Shown here: piece by piece, positions 36,001 through 45,000 of the stretch
Layout: each line of letters starts with the position of its first letter
How positions within the stretch are numbered: position 1 is the stretch's first letter
The notes under the pieces: model-generated
The model's database searches: none
Told to the model about the DNA's origin: nothing
The model's input: only the letters and a program-made list of their open reading frames with translations
Source: Candidatus Omnitrophota bacterium
Lineage (GTDB): Bacteria > Omnitrophota > Gorgyraeia > Aquiviventales > Aquiviventaceae
Direction: 5' to 3'
NCBI GenBank assembly: GCA_016193175.1
Contig: JACPSR010000044.1
Span: forward strand, 1-59,143
DNA length: 59,143 bases
Position numbers and translations under genes: made by a program

Positions 36001-39000
36001 ATCTGACTCAAAGCCACTCGATTGAGCCCTGCCGTCTGAATCGCTCGTGCCGCCTCGTTCCATGAGCTCGAGGAAGGAGTCCAAGCAGACACCGCAGTTC
36101 CGAGCCATGCCTCGCCATACCCCATGAGCAGGTGGCCCGCTGTTTCACCAGGGCTAACATCACGGACTGACCCTGAGGCGAGATCGTGGACTTTGACGAC
36201 ATAGGTGGTTTGGTTCTGCTGCATCCTTTGCAGGTAACGTTGTCGTTCCGCTCCCTCAGACATCCACGACGGCATACTCATCTCCGGATGATTCTGCATA
36301 TATTCCCGCATTCGCGCATGGAGCGCCCGGTCAGTTGTATCCAACGTATCCAGGCTTGGTTGCTGGCGAATCTCTCTGTAATATTCTTTCCCGTTCATGG
36401 TGACGACGGGGGAGAGGTCTCCGGAACTGAGGTGCGGGTTCAGGGCCGGGTCGAGCTGACCAGTCGCCACATCGAGAAACGCGTTGATGCGGCTGTTGGT
36501 CATGTTCTTGAGGTTACCCACCTTCTCGCCGGGCTCGATGTTCGGAAGCTCCACGTTGACCTCTCCGGGTTTGAAGGCGAGAGCGTTCATGAGATGGCCC
36601 TGCTTGTCGAACATGAGGGCAACCGGGCGGTCGGCGGTTGAGGTATAGTTTCTGTGCGAACCGCCTGGACCTAAGATGACCAGTGGCGCCACACCGGCAG
36701 CGGCAAGCTCAGGGGCAAAGCGCCCTTGGCTGTAGACGATCTCTGGCGCCTTCACGGTGATACTCCCGTCTTCGTTTCTCTTGATGTCGAGTTTGGAGTA
36801 CTGCCAAATATCGACGGGGCTGCTGCCGCCTGGTGTATAGGTAAACGTGAAGGAGGTCTTCTCTCCTGCCACCTGCCCCTCCAGAGTCCCATAGAGCTTG
36901 CCATCCTTGATCGTGAACGATGGATAGAGGGCGCCGCTGACAGCCTGCTGCTGAGCCGTGCCGCTGCCTGAGACATTCGGGTTCTTGTAGAATTCCGAGA
37001 GCGTGATATCGCGGACGGCGATGCCGTTTTTGGTCCGCTCGAGTGTCAGCTTCGCAGGGATCTCGCCGCTTGGCGCCATCGCGGTGTACGCCCGCTGATC
37101 GCGGAGGATCTCGGACACGGGCACGCTCCCGCCATCCCGTACCAGGTTCTTGGCGGGGATGCTGACGTCAACGGTGAAGCGCTCTCCGACCCGACGGCCT
37201 TCGAGCGCCCCCGCGGGGATGAGCGCCGTCAGGTTCAGGGGCGTTGCCTGGGACGCCGTGCGCCCCTCCATCGCTTTCAGAGTCTGAGAACCGATCTTGC
37301 CGTCCGGTGTCACGCCCAGGCGTCTCTGCAGCTCTTTGGCCTCGGCAATATGGGCGGGTTGCGTGTACTCGAAGTATCGAACGCCGCCCTCCTGATAGGT
37401 GATGAGGATGGGCTTCTTGTCGGGTGACCTGTCCGTGTCAGGAAACTTTCCTTCAAAGGGCTCGAGTTGTTCCCCGTTCCGGCGAAAGATCCCGATTTGC
37501 TTGTTTCCATCCATGACCCGAAACTTGTCGCCGGTTTCTCCCATACGCTCGACCGTGTAGTTCCGCCCTCCCATCGTCACGGTGGACGTCGTCCCCGTCC
37601 CCAGGGCGGGGGTCTGGGTCGCCCCGACCACGCGCTCGCCCGGGCTCAGGGAGAGCGGCTGGGTGAAGCCCTGCGGCCCGCGAGCGGTGGCGCTGCCTTC
37701 AATGAGGCGCATCTGTCCGGCATCCACGGTGAACGTCGCGACCGGGGCGGTGGCGGTCAGGGTGAGGGTGCCCCCGGCCTTCAGGGGCAGGTCATGCGTT
37801 TGGCCTTCGGTGAGGAGGAGCCGGGTGGGTTGCCCCCCGGGGCCGAGGAACTGGACGGTGCCCTTGTTATCGTCCAGGAGAGTGATCTGCTGGGTGGCGG
37901 GATCCACCCCCACGTAGCGGCCATCCTGGAGCCGGAAGAGATTCACCCGGATGCTGCCGGAACCGGTCGCGCTGGTCGGATACTCCACCACGTCGGGGGT
38001 CACGGCCCCGGCGGGGGTCACAGCCTCGGCGGTATAGGTCTTGCCGCCGAGGGTCACGGTGTACGTCGTCGTCCCCGTCCCCAGGGCGGGGGTCTGGGTC
38101 GCCCCGACCACGCGCAGGCCTGAACCGCCGGCGACCTGTGCGGCTTGAGGCAGGAGAGATGGCACTTCCCCTGTCCGGGGTGGGAGCCCGGAGCTTAAGT
38201 CATAGCGCCCGTCCTTGGTCATGGGCTGTGTCACATCGCGCACCAAACTTACTTTAGTCCCATCGGTGAGCGTCACTTGATATCCAGCCGGAAATGTCAC
38301 GGTATTCCGGCTGGGATCGATCACCACGCCCGTTGCTCGGTCGACCTGAATACCGTTCTTATCCGCAAAGAAGACTTCTCTTCCAGTGGCGCCATCTCGA
38401 ACCTGGACTCCCGTCCCGTACTTCGGATCAACGACGTTCCAGGTGTAGAAGAGCTCCCGCTCCTCGCCCGTCTTGGGATCCGTGACGTAGCGCCAGCTCG
38501 GACGGCCCGTCTCCAGGTCCCGGCGGCTCGCGTACTGCTCGTAGATCCAGGGCTGACCGGTCTTGTCCGGGGCGACGAGGTCGACAGTCCCGTCGGGCTT
38601 TTCCTCGATCTTGAGAAGACGTTCGTTGCCCTTGGCATCGGTACGGTAGACCCCGCTCAGGCGCAGGCCGTTGCCATCGAGGGTGAGGAGGCGCTCACCC
38701 ACGCGGTTCTCGCCTGGCTTGAGGGCGTGGAGCTGCTGGACCTCGCCGCCTGGCTCCCCGGGGGTCGGGAGGCGTTCGTAGAGCCCGGTGACCTGCAGCT
38801 TGTTGTCGTCGAGCGTGTAGACCAGATCCCCGACGCGGGTGGGGCCGTCACCTTTACGGATGAGCTGGCCATCGACGTAGATCCCGCTCAGGCGCAGGCC
38901 CTTGGCATCGAGGGTGAGGAGGCGCTCACCCACGCGGTTCTCGCCTGGCTTGAGGGCGTGGAGCTGCTGGACCTCGCCGCTCTCTTCCCCGGGCGTGGGG

Positions 39001-42000
39001 AGGCGCTCGTAGAGCCCGGTAAGGGTCAGTTTCTCAGTCTTCGGATCAAAGTGGTAGCTCCAATCACCGATGCGGTTGTTGTCGCCGGCCCGCAGATAGT
39101 GAACGCTGTCGTCATTCAGCGTCACTCGAAAGGTGCCAGGCCGATCCGGAACTTCTTCGATCTTCTTCGCTTGCCGACCATCTTGCAGCGCACTTCCCCT
39201 CGTTGTGGTGACGGCTGGAGGTTCGTTGCCGACGGCTCTGGCGGCGGACGGCAGGTCGGCCAGACCGCCTCTCCCAGCCTCTCCGGGAAATGGAGCAGGG
39301 CCTGGGTATCGAGGAGCGCCGATGGGATCAGGAAGGAGCGGTTGTGGAAAGGCGACTACGTGCTGCGAGATTTCGGAGGATTCAAGCAAGGGGTCAAGCC
39401 TGGGAAGGAGCGTGGGGCTGCCCAGGGTGTCGGCAAACGTTGGGGGCGATCGAAGATCGGTCAGATTGTCCAAGAGTGACGGGAGCTGTCCGAAGCCTGG
39501 GGACGAGAGCGACCAGAAGGGCTCGCCCAGTTCCGGCCTGAGAGGAGGAGCTCCTGGAGGGCTTTCCACACCCAGCGTCGCCGGCCCTGTTGGCGTGACG
39601 CTGCCTTCGAACAGCTTGACCCGCTCCTCAACCGGCGGGTGGGTGCCAAACGCGCTGACGCCGTGAGGAAAGAGCCCTTCGAGCTTGCCCGTCTCCCTGA
39701 AGAAACGCGCAAAGTCCTCCATTGCCGCTGTCGCGTCGGGCTGGAGCTCCAGCGCCCGCTTGGCGAACAGGTCCGCACCCGTCTCACCGAGGCGGCTGAG
39801 GGCCGGCCCCACGAGTTGAAGCCCAAGCGATCGGGCAAGATGCTCGCCGGCCGGAAGGTTCAGGCCATTCAGGTGGTCCTCATAGAGGCCGAGGGCGAAT
39901 GTCCGGTAGGCCCAGAGGCCAGCCGGATCGGTATGGCCGAGGGCAAGGTGGCCAAGCTCATGCGCCAGGACGCCTCTGACTCGCTCAAGGGCTACCGTGT
40001 TGATGCCGCCAGCGGCATCCAGCGCTCCCTCGTAGAGCACGATGACCTTCTGGCCGTTGATCTGGGTCGCAAAAGCATTCGAGAGGCTGCCAGGGATGAT
40101 CAGCACCTTGACATCCTTCACCGCCTCACGTTCCACCTTGCCTTGCGCGACCATCTGCTCAGCCATTTCATGGACCATCTCCTCGGCCTTAAGGCTCAGC
40201 GGCATCCCCCAGATCACGGGATGCACGAGTTTGTCCTCAGGCCTGAACCCGGCCTCCTGCTTGAACGTGCTCAGGAACCGCGAGGTATCCAGCGGGGAGG
40301 AGAGCTGTTTTTCCATCCCCGGGTCTTTCCACGTCAGCTCCGATCCCTTAGGGGTGATCGTGCTGAACATGTAACTGCTGCCGTCTTTCGCCAGGAACCC
40401 GCTCGTCTCGCGATCGCGCCCTGAAGCGCTGAAGAGGAAAAACTCTCCGCGAGCGATCAGCTCGTTGGCGATCCTGATGCGCTCCTTGCCGGCATCCGTG
40501 AGCTGGAAGGGTTCGTACCACACCGATCGCTCACCCGTCAACTCATCAACCCCTTCAACTCTCCGTGGTGGAGCAGCCTGCTCGATCGTGCGGATGGCCG
40601 CGTCCGGCGTCATCGACGCCTCGAATGCCACCTGAACCCTGCTGATTCTGGTGTCGTCGCCCCCCACGCCCATGGCCTGCACGTGGCTCAGGACCGTCTG
40701 ATAGGTCGGATCGGCGGGCTTCATCGGGATCACGTCAATCTGCCCTTTTCCGCCAGGGTGTCCCATGCCCAAGAAATTCGCCTGGAACTCACCGACCAAT
40801 GACGTGGTGCCGAACGCGTACTTTCCAGCCAGCAGCGCATTGAGATCGGCGTTCCGATTGATGATCGTGGGGAAGGTCTCAGAAAATGGGGAGACCTCTC
40901 GCGCGGCGATCGCCGTGCCATCCCGCGCCAGGCCCACCACGGTCCCTGACGGATTCTGGAGATCCAACAGCAAGCCGTCCGTGCGCACCGTGATCCCCAT
41001 GGGCATCGTCCCGGCGTACCGAGCCACCACCCGCCCCATCGCTTCCGCCTCCTTTTCGATCTCACGCTTGGCCACCCGCGGCACGTGCTCAAGCTCAAGC
41101 TGCATCGTCCCGCGCGTGGTGAGGCCCTCCACGTATTGGGCTGCGATCGTCTGGGTAAACTGCCCGGGAAACTGCCCGGCGAACTTCACGCGGCCCAGGC
41201 TATCAAGCCCGACCAGCCGATGCGAGAGGCGATCTTTGCCTGTTTCCAGCTCTGCCTTCCCTGGCGTGCGACTTAAGGCCAAGGTTTCGGTATAGCCGCT
41301 CAATAGCTGTTGCTGGGTTTCGCGGACCCACTTCAGCGTATCGTCAACGCGTTGCGCAAGCAGCTCAGGCTTGCCTGCGTCGATGACTTCCTTGAAGGAA
41401 GGCGCCCCGGTTCGACTGGCGAGCTCTTCCAGCTCCTTGATGTTCTCTTCCTTCAGCTTCGTGCGGAAATGCTCAGAGAGCGCCTCCCGCCCCTCGAGGG
41501 CAGCCTCACGGACCCCCTCCAGGAGCTTGATCTCCTTGTCCGTCAGGCTGTGAACCGTCACGTCTCCAAGAAAGCGGCTCAGCACGAGCGCCCCTCCATC
41601 GAGGGTGTTGGACCGAAACCCATACAGGTTCGACATGTCATGGAGCGGCGACTGATTCGCGACGCCGAGCGCGCTCAGGAAGGCATCCTTGTGCTTGGCA
41701 AACGCGACGGGATCATCGATCAGGCGCTGGACGAATCCACTGGGAAACGGAAACTGCATCGCGACATCCATGAGCGGCTCAGGCTTCGGCAGAAGAGGAG
41801 GAGCAGCCGAAAGCCCATGGAGCTCTCCCCGTCGTTCTTCTTGGCCGAACGAAACGTCAGGGCTCGTGACTCGCTCGGCTGCCGGTGTCAGGCCGGCTCG
41901 CCCGGTGGGCGTCTTGAGCTGCCAGAACGGGGTGATCGAAAGCGCATCCAGAGGGCTGACCCCGATGTGCGACCGCACGATCCAGCCTTCATCGCCGAGT

Positions 42001-45000
42001 CTGGTCCTACGGAAGGGGTCGTCCCTACGGAAGGGGTCGTCCGCAAGGCTGGTCACCTTGATGACCCCGAAGTTGTCGCTGCGAAACGCTGGATCACGAT
42101 AGTAGTCTGCCAGGTCGCGATAGAAGCCTCCGCGGATTGCACCGATCTGCTCTCTTAACTGGCCGGCCACCTCACCCGTGCCCAGTTTGCCGAGGTACCA
42201 GCCGAACGACCGGATGTCGGACCTTGCCTGGGGCTGAAAGATCCCGATGAATCGATCAGGCAGGGGCTGTTGGAGGTCATAGATCCGCCACTCCTTTCGA
42301 TCCTCAACGCTTGGAAGCTCCAGAACCACATAGCGGTCCTTGTCCTGCCCAGCCGTCTCGCGCGTGACGCCCCAGGAGGCGGTCCCGGGGATGGCTCCCC
42401 GCAGGATGGCCTGTTGGTGCGCCTTGTACAGCGCAACGTCGTCGACCTGGCTGAATTCCACCGGACCTTTGTAGTCGCCAAGCGTGTTGAGGTGCCGGGC
42501 CAGGGTGAGCTCGTTCATCTGCGCGAGATGCTGGCCAAGCTCGGCAAACCGTTTGAGCTGTTCGGGCGTCGCGTCTTCCTTGATATAGGCATCTGGGGAG
42601 ATGCCCAGGAGGTGTGTCGACGTTGGCGCCGAGCCGACCGCGGCGGCGAAGTTCTCGTAGTCCTCGTCCGGGAGCTGGTTGACGTAGTTCCTGAAGACCT
42701 CGGCATACACCAGAGACCGCCCGTACTCTTCGCGAGAGAAGCCCAGGAGAACTTTTGGCGTCGGCGTTGAGCCGATCGCGGCGGCGAGGTTCTCGTAGTC
42801 CTCGTACGGCATGTGGTTGATGGCCCTCGCGGAGAGCTCGTCATACGATGGGGTCTTCCGCTGGAACGCCGGATCCATCACCACGCTGCGGCCCACCTCT
42901 GCGAAGCGGTTGGACTCCACAATGGGGATATTGCCGCTGAGCGGATCAAACACCGTGCCCTGAACCGGCAAGCCGGACTTCCTATCAAACGGCACGCGGA
43001 CGTCAAGATACCTGCTGCCAGTCTTCACCACGTCGCGAAACCGAGGTCCGGTATATGAGGTGTCGTTGTCGAGCATGGCCAGCGTCGGGAGCACCTCGGT
43101 GTTCAGGAAGCGGTCCAAGCCCTCACCAGCCCCTCCCCCGCTTGCCAAGGTCTTGAGGTATTGTTCGGTCATGGTGAGGCTTCCCTGGAGCATGGCCACA
43201 TCGATGCCTGGTTGGACACGTTCCTTCTCGAGATAGCTCTGGTAGTCGACAAGGGCGCCGAGGGTGTTCAGCGAGTCGGTGGAGACGAGCCGGCTGCGCT
43301 CACCCACGAGGCCGGCAATGAACGTCGGCGCCAGCGCTGCGTTGATGAGGTTTCTGCTCGCGATCTCCGAGGCAGACTGGGAGTAGAACTCGTAGAGCCC
43401 TCTGCCTGGACGTGGCGAGAAGACGCCCTTGCTCGGATCGATGGCAGACAGCACAAGCCCCCGTTCGCTCTGCCCAAACAGATACGCGTACTCGGCAAGG
43501 TCCGAGTTGGTGCGATTTCTCATGCTCGCCTCGGTGGCACGATAGCCGGCGCCGAGGGTCCCATACGCGGCCTCCAGCAACGACTGAGGCACCATCCCAA
43601 AGGAACCCTGGAGCAGCCCCGAAACGGTGCGCTCCCCGCCTCCAAACATCTGGTGGGAGAGTCCTCTGGCCAACGCGCTGAGGGCCAGCGTCCCCCAGGG
43701 GCTGTCAAACCCGTGGTTCAAGCGGCTGAGGTGTCGGAGGCCGAGGAGTGCCGCGCTCTCAACCAACGTTTTGGGTCCGGTCGCCTTCAGTTGGTCCCAG
43801 TAATACGAGCCAAAGTCCCGATGGATTTTCGGAACATCCATGATGACCCGGTTGTTTTGCAAGACGCTCAGGCTCCAGCCGTCGTCGTTCTTGGAGTAGA
43901 TCGTGGTCTTGCCGTATCGATCGGTCGTCCGAACGTGCGTCAGTTGGCCGTCGCGAAGGAGGTACTGCGCGCCACCGAGGTCCGAGGTGAAGACGCTGGT
44001 TGGGAGTGCGGCTCGTCGCTCCTCGATGTCCAGCTTGCTGCGGTCCGTCGGTTGGAGGATCCCCTGCTGAATGATCCGGTTCCCCCTGAGAAAGGTCCAC
44101 CGATTGAGCCCATCGCCAAGCGGCTGCTCCGACAGCGTCACCCCACCTGAGAGCGGCCGATCAAGCCCCATGAGTTGATTGTTGAGGTCGTAGTACGCCC
44201 GTTCCCCGGTCGGCGTTGTCAGGAGTTGCGTGGCTGGGTACGCGGACGGGTCGAACTGGACATCGCTCAGGTCGATTCGAGATAGGTTGCCGATGAACCT
44301 GTCGTTCTGGATGACCGACACGGCGTCGCCCATCGCCGAGGGGAAGCGCACCAGCGTGCCGTCCTTGAACGGCTGCTCGATGTGGCTGATTCCTCCATCA
44401 GCCGAGAAGTAGGTCTTGGTGCCGGCCGCGTCGGTGAGCATGGACTGGGGCAGGCGCACCACATCAAACGGATCTGTCAGGCTCTGATCGAGCGCCTGGA
44501 GCTGACTCCCAGCAAAAGGATCTACGAAGCGTTCAATGTCCCCGTCCCCACCGCCAAGCGACTGCGGAAATAGGGTGGAGGGGGTTTTGAGCGCCTCATC
44601 CCACGGCAGTCTCATCGGCACCGTGGGCCCCCGATCCACGGCAAGCCAATTGATGGCTAGTTCAACGAGCCTCGTCCCAACGTGCGCAAGCGCGCCGGCG
44701 TATTCCGGCCCGAGGTGCTTCGAGGTGAGATCGGCGATCTCGATGCGGATCGCCTGCCTGGCAAACTCATCCCAGTTGCGGCTGAAGGCGCCCAAGCCCC
44801 CCTCTCCGAAGTTCTCGAGGCTTTTGAACGGTTCAGGAGCGGTGGAGGGTGCGAAGCTTTCCGGAAAAGGAAAAGATCCACCCACCAGAGGTCTTGGAGC
44901 AAACATATTGGTGAGCCCGCTCATGGCCACATACCCTGAGGTAAAGCCGACAAGCGAAGCCAGCCCCCGATCCACGCCGCTTTCCACCAGTTCGTTGGTC

